Origin: Chiloscyllium plagiosum
Lineage: Eukaryota
NCBI RefSeq assembly: GCF_004010195.1
Contig: NC_057719.1
Span: 63,884,602-63,919,675, forward strand
Direction of reading: 5' to 3'
Length of the DNA stretch: 35,074 nucleotides
The notes beneath the pieces were generated by a model. It did not search any database. It was not told where the DNA came from and saw only the letters and a list, made by a program, of their open reading frames with translations. Both the position numbers and the translations under genes were made by a program. This document shows, one piece after another, positions 1 to 12,855 of this stretch; within the stretch, counting starts at the first letter, position 1, and each line of letters begins with the position of its first letter.

Positions 1-715
1 GGTTTCCTTGCTCCTATGTTCAAATCTTCTTGCAGAAGCACATTGGCTTTCAGTGACATATGAACAAGGATGCCAATCTTTCACCATTTAAGAAATATTC
101 TGCACCTCCATTCCTGCTATCAACGTGGATAATCTCACACTTATCCACATTATATTACATCTACCAAGCTCTTGCTCCCTGACTGAGTCTGTCTCAATCT
201 CCTCAGAATCTCTTTGCATCCTCCTTATAAATGATATTCCAACCAAGTTTTCTGCCATCCACAAGCTTGGAAATATCAATGATGTGAGGTCAAAATACAA
301 TATGATTGAGAACAGCTGGGACTAATCACTGATCCTTGTGATACCCCACTCGTCATAACCTGCTGACCTGAAAATTGCTCAATTTCTCCTGGTTAACTGA
401 GCCTCGATCCAGGTCCATGTATTGTGTGATTTGTGTTCTGTGTGCAACTTTATCAAAAGCCTTCTAAAAATCCAAATCCAACACATTGACTGGTTCTCTC
501 TGCTTACCACACCCTTAAATTATAACATGTTTGTCAAACAGGATATCCCTTCCACAAATTGACATTGTCTAATTGGACACAGTCAATCATCTTCTAACTG
601 TCTGGTAATCACATATTTATAATAGATTGTCATATCTTCATTCTGACTTATTTCAGGTTAACAGGGCTGTAGTTTCTCATTTTCTCTCTTCCTCTTTCTT
701 ACTGAGTGGGGTTAA
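1..715 (-). mobile_element. Old CR1-type LINE fragment (RT region)
   Basis: Same motif order as the minus-strand CR1 at 8788-11356, e.g. tttatcaaaagccttctaaaaatccaaat is the reverse complement of the LDF.KAFDKV motif. Heavily decayed. Confidence 0.65.
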
Positions 716-2478
716 ATTGAGGAAAATTGTAGAGGTTATGGAGGTGGAGGATCAGATAATCTCCAGGAGAGAAGCAGATAGTTTGGTTGAGCCAGGAGGA
801 AACACGGGAGGGTGGGGTTGGAATAGGAGAGAATTTCTTCTCCCTCTTCCCTCCCCGGATAATGTTTGTCCCTGGGAGCTATCCCACTTAATACTGAGGC
901 AATTTGCAATCAGGAAAAAAATGGCCAAGATATATGCATTTTTTTGAGGAAGCAGAATAAGACCAAAGTCCAGAGGAAACTTTGTTTTGCATTCAAAAAA
1001 GAAACGGAAAGTGAAATTTGGATACTTTTCAGATTTGTCCAAAAGGTTCATGTGTCATTGAACAATTGCACCTGTTATTATTCCCACTATTTTCACTTAC
1101 TCTAGCTGGAGACCAAGTATCATTTTATTACAGAAAAGCAATTGTTGTGTGAACAGAATTCAAGTTAACATTCAGTGTTGATGAATTCGGAAATATTTTC
1201 AGAAATATAAATTAATAAGTTTATTGGCTAACTGATGCAAAATTGCAATAATCAACATTAATAGATAATAATTGTGCAAAATACAGCAGTTTCTCAACTA
1301 AAATAACTAAGATTTTAAATATAACAACATAAACTATGTTTGATCATTTGTAACAAATGTTTCTGAAAAGGCTTTTTGCTATGTGTTTCATGTGTAATTA
1401 ATTCCTCAATTCACATGATTTACTCAAAGAATTAAATGAGCATTGATATAATGTTTTGTTCTACACTTCAAGCAACCGTAGCCTGAATTTTGTAAACATA
1501 TGAGTAAAATTATTATTGTAAGCAAACAGGAATTCTGAAACATGCATGTTCTGTACTTTAAAAACTTGGTGTCACATTTAACATATAATGGCCTGTGTTG
1601 TTCAGTGAATGCTTTTTGATGTTGTGAACTTCAGTATGGGTAGTGCTGAAGCTGGATTGAACTAATTTGCTTCTTCTTCAAATTATTACTTTCATTTGCA
1701 AAAATCATTTCATAATTCAGTTCCCACTGTGGTGATTTCACAGTGATAGTTTTTATTATTAACAAAAGGAAATCTTGGGTGTTCTTTTGCTTGCGTGATG
1801 CCCAACGATTTCTTTTAGTTTCATCAATTGTATCTAGTTTATTGTTACAGCTACACAACAAACAGCTGCTCCAATTATAGCATAAACTTGTAAGGACATG
1901 CCTAGCAGTTGTCAAGTACAATGTTAATGCATTCATCCAACTTTCTTGTTTTAGTTTTTTCATTGAGTTAATTGAGGAAAACCATAATGGAGGCAATTTT
2001 GAACCCAATTGAAGTTTCCTTTGGATACAAACAAAGGTTTTTGAATTAACTTCAAATATGCCCAAGCTCTGAACGTCAAGAGATGCCAGTTCAGTAGATT
2101 AGCTACTCTGAAACTGAGCTTTTCAGCAAGGACATTAAAACAAAACGTATTAAAGTGGGAATTACCTTCTGCAGTTCAGAATGGAACCTTCCCATCATTG
2201 TGCTGCTTATCTTCCCGATAGCTGCTTCTTATATGTCACACAGTCAGGGATGGTCTGTCATGATTGACAAGTCACACATATCACTGGCACTGCAGCAAGT
2301 ATTTCAGCTGCAGTCACCACAACAAAAGAACAGGATAGCTATAAGAAAATACTTGGAAGTGAAAAACAGAGAAAATTAGTTCTCCAACTGTGCCTTTAAT
2401 TTATTTTTGGAGTTGGAGCAGTTGCCTGCTTGGTTCCAGGCATGATTCTCTTTGCATGGCACAGTTAATTGTTTGTAA

Positions 2479-2640
<162 letters not shown>

Positions 2641-3146
2641 TGACAGTTCGTTATGGCTTTAACAATTTGAAAATGCTTAATGGCACAGTGAGAGAGACAG
2701 TTAATCAAGAGGTGAAAGCTGGCCAAGAGTCCTCTTTCTGTTATTTATTTCCTAGTGAACATGGCCTTACTGCCAACTAATTGCACAAAATGAAGCATTA
2801 ATTCTCAATCTTAAAAAAAAAGTCCCAGCACAGCAAATCTGGGGAACAGAAACTTTGCCAATTATTGCAACATAATGAGAAGAGTTTTTCCCACCAACCA
2901 TTCCCCAGCACTAATATATCTTCCCTTTGTTAAATCAGACAAGTAGATCAAGCTAAGGCATATAGGTTCAGACACTCAAGATAAATTAACTTGTTGGTTC
3001 AATATATGTGGACAAAACACAAATATACACTTCTTCCGGCAGGATGTGCACTGGGATATGACTGACCAATCCAGGCAAGCTCTCAGCACAGCAACCAAAA
3101 ATTGTAGAAAATGATCCAGTTTATACATCATTTGTCAACATCAGTT

Positions 3147-3445
3147 ATAGAGTCATAGAGATGTTCATAGAGGTGGACCCTTCAGTCCAACTCATCATGC
3201 CAATCAGATATCCTAAATTAATCTAGTCCCATTTGCCCACATTTGGCCCATATCCCTTTAAACCCTTCCTATTCACATACCCATCCATAAATGTTGTAAT
3301 TGTACCAGACTCCATCATTTCCCCTGGCAGTTCATTCCATTCATGCACCACACTCTGCATGAAACATTTGCCCTCTAATTTTGGATTCCCCTGACCATGC
3401 CCCTCATGATTTCATAAACTTCTACAAGGTCACACCTCAGTCCTG
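3147..3445 (-). mobile_element. CR1-type LINE 3' end fragment
   Basis: Begins atagagtcatagagatg and contains gatatcctaaattaatctagtcccatttgcc, shared with 16420-16890 and (inverted) 6960-7062. Confidence 0.75.
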
Positions 3446-3929
3446 ATTTATTCTAAACCTTTCAATTCTGAAATTGTTACATGATTTGTCTGTTATGTGA
3501 CCACACCAGTTGATGGTCAGGTCAAACTAGAAGCACTTCATTTCCAACAGAATGCAAGTATTAACATCTATATAATCGAAGACAATACAATTTTATAATG
3601 ATATATGTTGATTCTAAACTAGCTATTATGCTTATGCAAACTTGCTGTATTTGTATTTGCATTTACCTGACCTACCTATTTAGAGTTGTCCTGTAAATCC
3701 AAATCATCTAAATTATGTTTATGTCTATTCTTAGAATATATTATTGTAATACAAATACATGAACAGTGATAGGAAAATGAAGCTTAATATTACTATACAT
3801 TCAACTTGGTCAAAAACACTTTATGCCCAAAGCATTTATTCTCATTTTTCTCTCATCTATTTTGAGAATGATTCACTTTTCTCAGGGATTGGCACCTTAC
3901 CAAATCTAACCCTAGTTACGGCATTATTT

Positions 3930-4260
3930 TCTTCGACCATAGCCATGGTGCAATGTCTCTCCTCACCTTCTTTGCATTCTTGGTCACAACTTGGTCATTG
4001 TTCAATTAAGTGATACTGCCCTGATTTTGTTTCATTGTTACCAGTCCAGTCACAGCTGAATCTAGCCTTGGCCCCCTCCTCATGCTTACATATACTCTTT
4101 TATTTGCCACCATCATTCAAGGACGTTTCACTATATGCTAATAGCACCCAGTTCTATTTCTCGATCATCTTTCTTCACCTGTACACAAACTCCATGTTAT
4201 CAACATTAAACAATTTTCAATCTCTATTTGAAACTTTAGAAAGCTGAACTATTGAATTCT
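3930..4260 (+). mobile_element. L2 LINE fragment (RT core), first piece of a split element
   Basis: Decayed LGPLLF..Y and F.LYA(N)(S)TQFY, corresponding to the YADDTQLY motif, at ~4068-4160. Confidence 0.6.
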
Positions 4261-4264
4261 ATAC

Positions 4265-4580
4265 TTTTGACTGGCTCAAAAGAGCAGCTAACATAATCAA
4301 AGACCCCCCCCAACCCGGTTATACTCTCATCAGGCAGAAGATACAAATGCTTGAAAACGCATATCAACTTCTTCCCTGATGTTACCACTGACAAATCAAC
4401 CTCTCAAACCTCTCACACATTGGAGTTGATCTTTCTCTGCATCTTCTCTGTAGCTGTAACAGTATATTCTGCATTCCATTTTACTTACCCTAATTCTATT
4501 ACTATTGTAAAGTATGATTTGTCTGGATAGTATGAAAGAAGACTTTTCACTGTATCTACGTGACAATACTAAATCAAAAC
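4265..4580 (+). mobile_element. Rex1/Babar-like LINE 3' end
   Basis: ataatcaaagacccccc...catcaggcagaagatacaaa...ttttcactgtatctacgtgacaatactaaatcaaa resembles Rex/Babar 3' tails. Family recognised from memory. Confidence 0.55.
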
Positions 4581-4582
4581 TT

Positions 4583-4755
4583 GTCCCCATTTCCAGCCAT
4601 AAATGGTGTGCCCACATTAATGATTCTATTTGAACATGGCCGTTGTTTCAGGTTGAACCAGATTTGTTGCAATTTCTGCATTCAGTTCAACCTCAAGCAG
4701 AGTTTCCTGGCTCAAGTTCTCTCCATTACAAATACTGCCTCATTTCATCTTTATA
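4583..4755 (+). mobile_element. L2 LINE fragment (post-RT region)
   Basis: Translates RLNQICCNFCIQFNLKQSFLAQVLSITNTASFHL, similar to the L2 ORF2 segment RNLGV.FD..LSF..HI..ITKTAYFHL. Confidence 0.6.
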
Positions 4756-4756
4756 T

Positions 4757-7700
4757 CCGGGGAAAGCCTCAGCGGCCAGGTCTCTGGCACCGAGCCTGGC
4801 TCTGTGGCTCAGAAGGGAAGGGGAAGAATAGGAGAGCCATTGTGATAGGAGATTCAATGGTTAGAGGAACAGACAGGAGATTCTTTGGTTGCGACCAAGA
4901 CTCCCGGATGGTATGCTGCCTCCTGGGTGCCAGCGTCAGGGATGTTTCAGATGGAGCCTACAGAATTCTTAAGGGAGAGGGTGAGCAGCCAGAAGTCGTG
5001 ATGCACATCAGTACCAGTAACATAGCTAGGAAAAGGTTGAGGACCTGAAAAGTGAAGACAGGGAGTGAGGTTGGAAGTTAAAAGGCAGGACAAGCAGAGT
5101 AGTAATCTCAGGATTGCTACCGGTGCCACAGGCTAGTGAAGCTAGGAACAGAGAGCAAGTGCAGCTGAACACGTGGCTTCAGAGCTAGTGTCGGAGGGAG
5201 GGTTTCAGTTATATGGATCATTGGGCTACTTTCTGGGGAAGGTGGGACCTGTACAAAGAGGATTTGTTGCACCTGAACTGGAGGAACAGCAATATCCTGG
5301 GAGTGAGGTTTGCTAGACCTCTTCGGGAGGGTTTAAATTAGTCTGGCAGGAGGATGAGAACCAAAGCTATGGATCTGAGGATGGCGTAGCTGGTGAACAG
5401 GCAGATACAGCGTGCAGAGAGTCTGTGAGAAAGGAGATACATTTGACAAGGCAAAGTTGCAGTCAGTGTGATCTGTTGAAGTGTGTCTACTTTAACGCAA
5501 GAAGTGTCAGGAATAAGAGTAATGAACTTAGAGCATGAATGAGTACTTGGAGCTGCAGTGTTGTGGCCATAATGAAGACAGGGGCAGGAATGATTGGTGG
5601 AGTGGGGGAGTGGCATTGCTAATCAGGGATCATATTACAGCTGCAGAAAGGGAGGTCGTCAAGCAGAGTTTGTCTACTCAGTCATTATGGATGGATGTCA
5701 GAAACAGGAAAGGAGCAGTCACTTTATTGGAAGTTTTCTATAGACCCCCAATAGGAATAGAGACACGAGGACCAGATTGGAAGGCAGATTTTGGAAAGGT
5801 GCAGAAGGAGCAGGGTTGTTGTCATGGATGACTTCAACTTCCCTAATATTGATTATAACCTCCTTAGTGCAGATGGTCTGGACGGAACAGAGTTTGTCAA
5901 GTGTGTCCAGGAAGGATTCCTGACTCAATATGTAGATAGGCCGACTAGAGGGGAGGCCATATTGGATTTGGTGCTTCGCAACGAAGCAGGTGCGGTGTCA
6001 GATCTCTCGGTGGGAGAGCATTTTGGTGATAGTGATCACAACTCCCTGACCTATAATCATGGTGAGGGATAGGAGCAGACTGTATGGGAAAGTATTTAAT
6101 TGGGGGAGGGGGATTTACAATACTGTTAGGCAGGAACTGTGCATAAATTGGGAACAGATATTCTCAAGGAAATGCACAACAGAAATGTGAAGTTTGTTTA
6201 GGGAGCACTTGCTGGATAGGTTTGTCCCACTGAGGCAGGGAAGGGATGCTAGGATGAAGGAACCTTGGGGTGACAAGATGTGGCACATCTAGTCAATGGG
6301 AAGAAGGAAGTTTACTTAAGGTTGAGGAAGCAGGGATCAGACAGGGCTCTAGAGAGTTAGAAGGTAACCAGGAAGGAACTGAAGAATGGACTTTAGGAGA
6401 GCTGAAAGGAGTCATGAAAAAGCCTTGACAGGTTGGATTATGGAAAACCCCAAGGCATTCTACACTTATGTGAGGAACAAGAGGCTGGCCAGAGTGAAGG
6501 TAGGGCTGATCAGGGATAATGGAGGCAACTGGTGCCTGGAGTTGGAGGAGACAGGGGAGGTCCTTAATGAATACTTTGCTTCAGTATTCACTACTGAGAG
6601 GAACTTTGTTTCATGCTGTCCTCACAAATGACAATCTGATAAGGAGGAGGATGTGCTGGAAATTTTGAAAAACATGAGGATAGATAAGTCCCCTGGACCA
6701 GACGGGATATACCCAAGGTTACCACAGGACATGAGGGAAGAGGTTGCTGCACCTTTGGCGGTAATCTTTATGTCCTCATTGTCCACTTTGGTAGTGCCAG
6801 ATGATTGAAGGCTGGCAAATTGTTATTCCCTTGTTTAACAAAGGGAATAGGGATAACCCTAGGAATTACAGACCTGTCAGTCTTATGTCCCTGGTGGGCA
6901 AATTATTGAAGAGGATTCTGAGAGACAGGATTTATGATTATTTGGAAAAGTATAGCTTGGGCTGGGTGCTGGCAGGTCGGACTAGATTGATTTGGGATAT
7001 CTGGTCGGCATGGACAGGTTGGACCAAAGAGTCTGTTTCCATGCTGTACATCTCTATGACTCGAAATAGTCAGCATGGCTTTGTGAGGAGCTTGTCATGC
7101 CTCACAAGACTTATTGATTTATTTGAGAATGTGACAAAACACATTGGTGAGGATAGAGCAGTGGATGTGGTATACATGGATTTTAGCAAGGTGTTTGATA
7201 AGGTGCCCCATAGTAGGCTCATTCAGAAAGTAAGGAGGCATAGGATACAGGGAAATTTGGTTTTTTGGATACAAAATTAGTTGGCCCATAAAAGACAGAG
7301 GGTGGTAGAAAATGGAAAGTATTCAGCCAGGAGCTCAGTGACCAGTGGTGTTCCTCAGGGATCTGGTCTGGGACTTCAGCTCTTTGTGATTTTTATAAAT
7401 GATTTGGATGAGGAAACGGAAGGGTGGGTTAGTAAGTTTGCTGATGACATGAATGTTGGTGGAGTTGTGGATAGTCTGGAGGGCTGTTGTAGGTTGCAAT
7501 GGGGCATTGACAGGAAATGGCAGAGGGAGTTCAACCTGGAAAAGTGTGAAGTGATTAATTTTGGAAGGTCAAACTTGAATGCAGATTACAGGGTTAAAGG
7601 CAGGATTCTTGGCAGTGTGGAGGAACAGAGGAATCTTGTCCATAGATTCCTCAAAGTTGCCACCCAAGTGAATACAGTTGTTCAGAAGGCATCTGATGTG

Positions 7701-8298
7701 TTGGCTTTCATTAGCAGTGGGATTGAGTTTAAGAGCTGCAAGGTTATGCTACCGTTCTCTAAAGCCCTGGTTAGACCACACTTGGAATATTGTGTTCAGT
7801 TCTGATCGCCTCTTAATAGGAAGGATGTAGAAGTTTTAGAGAGGCTGCAGAAGAGATTTACCAGGATGCTGCATGGACTGGGGGTCAGGTCTTATGAAGA
7901 AAGATTGGGGGAGCTATGGTTTTTCTCGTTGGAGTGAAGAAGGATGAGAGGTGATTTGATAAAGCTGTACAAGATGATGATAGAGTGGGTAACCAGAGAC
8001 TTTCTCCCAAGGTGGAAATGGTTATCATGAGGCAGCATAATTTTAAGGTGATTGGAGGAAGGTTTAGGGGAGATGCCAGAGATATGTTCTTTAGACAGAG
8101 AGTGGTGGATGCATGGGATGCACTGCCAGCAGTGGTAGTAGAGTCAGATACATGAGGGACATTTAAGTGACTTGAATCAACACATGGATGATAGTAAAAT
8201 GAAGGGTACGCAGGTCAGTTTGATTTTAGAGTAGGATAAAAGGTTGGCACAACATCGAGGGCCAAATGGTCTGTACTGAGCTATACTGTTCTGTGTTC
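4757..8298 (+). mobile_element. Near full-length decayed CR1 LINE (ORF1 SGNH/GDSL esterase; ORF2 APE endonuclease plus reverse transcriptase)
   Basis: ORF1 remnant AIVIGDSMVRGTDRRF. Endonuclease motifs LKCVYFNARS (~5476), VVMDDFNFP, ILDLVL, GDSDHN. RT motifs NYRPVSL, YMDFSKVFDKVPH, SGVPQGS, KFADD, then LVRPHLEYCVQF. CR1 tail ending ctgttctgtgttc. Many stops and frameshifts. Confidence 0.95.
6960..7062 (+). mobile_element. Short CR1 3'-tail insertion nested in the CR1 RT
   Basis: Interrupts YLEKYSL|RNSQHGF and ends catctctatgactc. It is the reverse complement of the tail type at 3147 and 16420. Confidence 0.8.
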
Positions 8299-8314
8299 AT
8301 AACATCATCTTCAA

Positions 8315-8625
8315 GACAGATTTGATAGAGAAGACATGATGAGTTATATAAAATTATAAGGGACATAGATAAGTCTAAGATGCCCAAGGCTTAGAGGAAT
8401 GGGAGAAGACTTTTTTTTTCACCCAGAGAGAGGTGGAAATCTAGAACTCATTTCTTTTAACAATAGTGGAGGCAGAAACCTTAACAACATTTTAGTAGTT
8501 AGATGCATGCCTTGAAATCACACATGTTACAAGGCTATGGGCCAAGTGCTAGAAGAATAGGATGAGAGCAGAGTTGTGTTGTTGTTCTTGATGGACAAAA
8601 GGGTCTTTTTCGGTGCTGTAGAATT
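8315..8625 (+). mobile_element. Short old CR1 3' fragment
   Basis: Decayed G.MM.VYKIIRDID segment, then ttcacccagagagaggtggaaatctagaac and a tail ...tcggtgctgtagaattct. Confidence 0.6.
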
Positions 8626-8787
8626 CTCCCTGCATTGATCATTACTCAAAACTATATGAAATTTTTATCAGCATCTTTCCCTTCCAGACTTGAGTAGACT
8701 TAATTTGTTACCTGTCCATCCTCTATCTTCCATAAGCTTTAGTTCATCCAGAATTCATCTGACCACATCTTGCACTCCATAAACTAC

Positions 8788-11356
8788 AAAGAAACATAGA
8801 AGAAAAGAACAGGAATTGGCCATCCGACCCTTCAAACCTGCTATACCAATCATTATGATCGTAGCTGATCATCAATCTCAATACCCTAATCATCCCATCC
8901 CCGCCCCCTCAATATCTCGTAATTTCTTTAGTCAAAACAATTATACCTGTATATAGCAAGAACATCCTGCCTTAAATAAGGAGACCAAATCTGCAGACAA
9001 CATTCCAGATGTGGCCTTACCAATGTGCTGTATAATTGCAGCAAGACATCCTTGTTCCTGAACCTGAATCCTCTCTCTCTATGAAGGCCAATATGTAGTT
9101 TGCCTTCTTTACTACCTGTTGCACCTGCAAGCTTACTTTCAGTGACTGGTGCACAAGGACACCCAGCTCACATTGAACATTCCCCTCTATTTACAGCCAA
9201 ATAATAATCTACTTTCTTGTTTTTGCTACCAAAGTAGATAACCTCACATTTAGCCGCATCCGCCCGCTCCTTCAGGCTGTCCAAATCACATTGCAACATT
9301 CTGCATCCTCCTCACAGTTCATCCTCCCCATCCAGTTTTGTGTCTTCTGCAAAATTTGAGATATTACATTTAGTTTCCTCATCTAAATAACATGTGATTA
9401 GTTGGAGTCCTAGTACCAATCCATGCAGTACCCGACTAGTCACTGCCTGTCATTCACAAAACGAATGATTTATTTCTACGGTTTCCTAGCTACTAACCAA
9501 TTTGCTATCTATCTCAATACACTAGCCCCAATCCCATGCTCTTTAATTTTACGTATTAATCTTTTATGTGGGACTTTGTCAAAAGCCTCCTGCAAGTCCA
9601 AATAAAATATATCCACTGGCTTCCCTTGATCAATTCTACTATTTACATCCTCAAAGTCTGGTAGAGTTGTCAAGCATGATTTCCCTTTTGTAAATCCACG
9701 CAGTGTCTAATATACCACTGTTTTCTAAGTGATCTGCCATAAAATCTTGGATACTAGACCCTAGCATCTCCGCATTACTGACACCAAACTCACTTGTCTA
9801 TAATTCCCCGTTTTCTCTATACCTCCCTTTTTAATAGTGGAGCTGCATCAGCTACCCTTCTGTAGGAACTGTGCCAGATGTAAATAGTCTCAGAAGATGA
9901 CCACGAATGCATCCACTACTTCTGAAGTCACTTTCTAATGTACTCTGGGATGTTATCAGGCCATGGGATTTATCAGCCTTCAATTCTATCAACTTCTTCA
10001 ACATAATTTCTCTACTAATACAAATTTGCTTCAGTGTCTCGGTCTCACTCAACCCTGTATTTCATCATTTGTGGTATATTATCCTGTCTTCAAAATAGGA
10101 CATTAAGTATGAATTTAGTGAGTCAGCTATTTCTTTGTTCCATCAAGGACCTACGTGCAGAAGCTTTTATAGACAGTTCTTCTGTTCCCTGCAAGCTTAC
10201 TCCCAGATTTTGTTTTCCCCTTCTTAATCAAACCTTTGGTCCTTTTTTGCTGACTTTTAAACTTTTCCAGTCCTCCAGTGTATTTTTCCTTGCCAACTTG
10301 TGTGTCTTCTGTTTGCATCTAATACAGTATTATCTCTAGCTTCCATCCTAAGCCATGGTTTGGCCACTGTTCTCTTAACACTCTTGCACCAGAGTAAACG
10401 AGTTTTGTAATTCACCCATTTGCTGTTTGAATGTCTATTGCCTATCCACTGTCATTCCTCTCAGTAACATTTGCCAATCCATCATAATCTCTCTTATTAA
10501 GATTCATGACCCTTGTCTCAGAATCAACTACCTCAGTCTCCATTTTCATGAAGAATTCTGTTATTCCCAAGGGGTTTCTCATAACTATATTGCCAATAAT
10601 TCCTTTTCCATTGCTTACGCTCAGTTTAAGATAGTCTGTTCTCTAGTTGGTTCCTTTCCATATTGATCTAGAAAATCATCTTGTATACACTTTAGGAATT
10701 CCTTCTCTATGATATTGTAACTGATTTGATTTACCCAACTCTATATGCAGATTAAATCACCCTTAATGTTATTTTACCGCATGCATCTCTGATTTCCTGT
10801 TTAATGCCACTCCCAGTATCATCACTACAATTTAATTGTCTCTATACTAACACACTAATGTTTTTTTTGCCTCTTGGTATTTCTCAATTCCACCCATACA
10901 GATTTTATACTGAATGAGCCTATACTTTTCCACAATATTGTATTTATATCCTCTTTAACAGTAATGTCCTCCTAAATACTGAATAATCCTGAATGTTCAA
11001 TTCCATCCCTCGTCACCCTGCAGCCATATCTCCATAGTCATACCAGTTTACATCTATTTGTGTGATTAATGCATCCACTTTACTTTCAATGGTTTTTATG
11101 TTGGGCACAAAGCCTTACCACTTACCTTTTTAATGTTCCTTGTCCCATGACTACTTTGTTTTACTGTGGCCTTGTTTGATTCTGGCCTTCAATTCCTTTG
11201 GCTATCAGTTTTCTCATTCCCCTTTCTGACTTTTGTTCTTGATTCCACATCCTCTGACTCCTTGCATAGGTTCCTATCCCTCTGCTAATTCAGTTTAAAC
11301 CCTCCCAACTACTATCAAACACTCCCCTTCAAGCTTTAGTCTTGATCCTGCCCAAC
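8788..11356 (-). mobile_element. Second, older CR1 LINE (ORF1 end through 3' tail, internally deleted)
   Basis: 3' tail aaagaaacatagaa at the left end. Minus-strand YLDLQEAFDKVP (~9570-9605), a KFA.DT-like motif (~9345) and LIELKADKSHG. ORF1-end sequence cagtttaaaccctccc at ~11291 matches the reverse complement of 5325-5340. Confidence 0.88.
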
Positions 11357-11665
11357 CACCCAAATTAATAACTGATTTGCACTGCCTCAAATTTAAAATG
11401 CTTCTTGTGCTTGAGTTCCTCCATAGCCTCATACCTGAAACCTCCTATCACACATTGGCATCAGTGCTTGCAGCATCCACACCTGGCCACTTAAAACTTC
11501 TGACCCTCTCTCTCTCTCCCCCTCTTCTTAAAACATACCTCTCAAGGCTTTTGGTCAACCCCCAATGTCAATTTGGCTGGGCAGTAATTTCTTTTTTTAC
11601 CCCTCTCCAAAGCACCGAGACATTTTTCTATGTTAAAGTTGTTGACCAAATGGAAATTTCTGTTG
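11357..11665 (+). mobile_element. L2 LINE 3' end, continuing 8626-8787
   Basis: LHCL-KFK.LL...FLH.L.P motif, cttaaaacatacctct...gcttttggtca, and an L2-type tail gagacatttttctatgttaaag. Confidence 0.6.
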
Positions 11666-12454
11666 TCAATAGGTTTCTCAGTACTGATATAAAATTTAGT
11701 CAATCCAAATCTTCAACTATATTCCTAAATATGTATATATGTAGAGTGATCATGAAGAAAAATGATGGTGATTTTCCCTTCTACCCCATCCCCGAAAGCG
11801 CATATAAACCAGTAATGTACAACATGCAAGAAAATTTGCATAGTTCAGCACATTTACCAATATGACCTGATCCTGGTAATGAGATTTGTTTTACCCTTTG
11901 CAGTTTGTGGTAACAGTAGGAATCAAACATAGACTGGAACTTAGAGGCTAAAAGCCCTCTCCATCTTTTCACCATCACTTCTGACTGACAACATTGGTAT
12001 TTTATACGGCAACAATGATGCCTAGGGCAGAAGGGGGAACTTCTGAGATTTTGCTTCGTGGTGTTTTCTAGTTGGTGGGGTGCTGGATAACACACTGTAC
12101 TTTATGACTTTTAACAACAAATACGAAATCACAATAATAAACTTATGGACCCAAACTTATCTTTGAAATGAATCATTTTCTGGTTTCAGGAAAATAATTT
12201 TTTTTATGTACTGTATTATCTGTAAGTGTTTTTTGTATTGTTCTGGTTGATGTCCTATCTCTAACATTAATTTAAATACACCTGTATGCCAGCACATCAG
12301 TAAATGTAATATTTAAGATCTTCCATAAGCAACCCTTGGATTAAAAATGAGTTTTAGGTAGGAAGGAGAAAGATTAAATTTACAGCTGAACTTGACCAGC
12401 CACCTGTGTGCATATGCATAATGAACATTTCATTTTAATATTGCTGTTCTACAG

Positions 12455-12551
12455 TTATCCTGTGATGTGAAACTCGATCCACGGCCTGAGTATCATCGCT
12501 GTATTCTGACTTGGCACCACCAGGAACCATTGCCTTGGGCACAGAGTACAG
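12455..12551 (+). CDS. GPHN: Gephyrin penultimate coding exon
   Basis: Acceptor ctgttctacag|, donor |gtgaga. Translates [32 protein letters not shown](G), in frame with both flanking exons. Confidence 0.97.
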
Positions 12552-12640
12552 GTGAGATTGGTGAAGCAATTTAGAAATTAGCAATATATTCCAAGAGAAA
12601 GTAATAGCGATTCCAAGATCTAAGATTTTTTTCTGTTCAA

Positions 12641-12855
12641 AGAACTGCAGATGCTAGGAATCAGAAATTGCTGGAAAAAAGAACTCAGGTCTGGCAGCAT
12701 CTGTGGAGAGAAGGCAATGTTGACATTTTACGTCTAGTAACTCTTCTTCAGAACGGGTATTCGGTTCTGAGAAAGGATCACTGAACCCAAAATGTTAACT
12801 CCACTTTATCTCCACAGATACTGCCAGACCTGTTGAGTTTTTTCCAGCAATTTCT
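12641..12855. repeat. Palindromic MITE-like repeat made of two inverted Penelope-type ends
   Basis: Arms 12663-12754 and 12764-12855 are imperfect reverse complements (agaaattgctggaaaaa...caggtctggcagcatctgtggaga versus tctccacagatactgccagacctg...tttttccagcaatttct), with a 9 nt loop. Confidence 0.85.

Noticed and set aside
627..2379. Short ORFs upstream of the first GPHN exon, and a search for the preceding GPHN exon
   Set aside because: No gephyrin-like translation was found. This is AT-rich intron, and the preceding exon lies outside the window.
4560..5048. 162 aa ORF as a novel gene
   Set aside because: Chance in-frame fusion of an L2 remnant with the CR1 ORF1 remnant.
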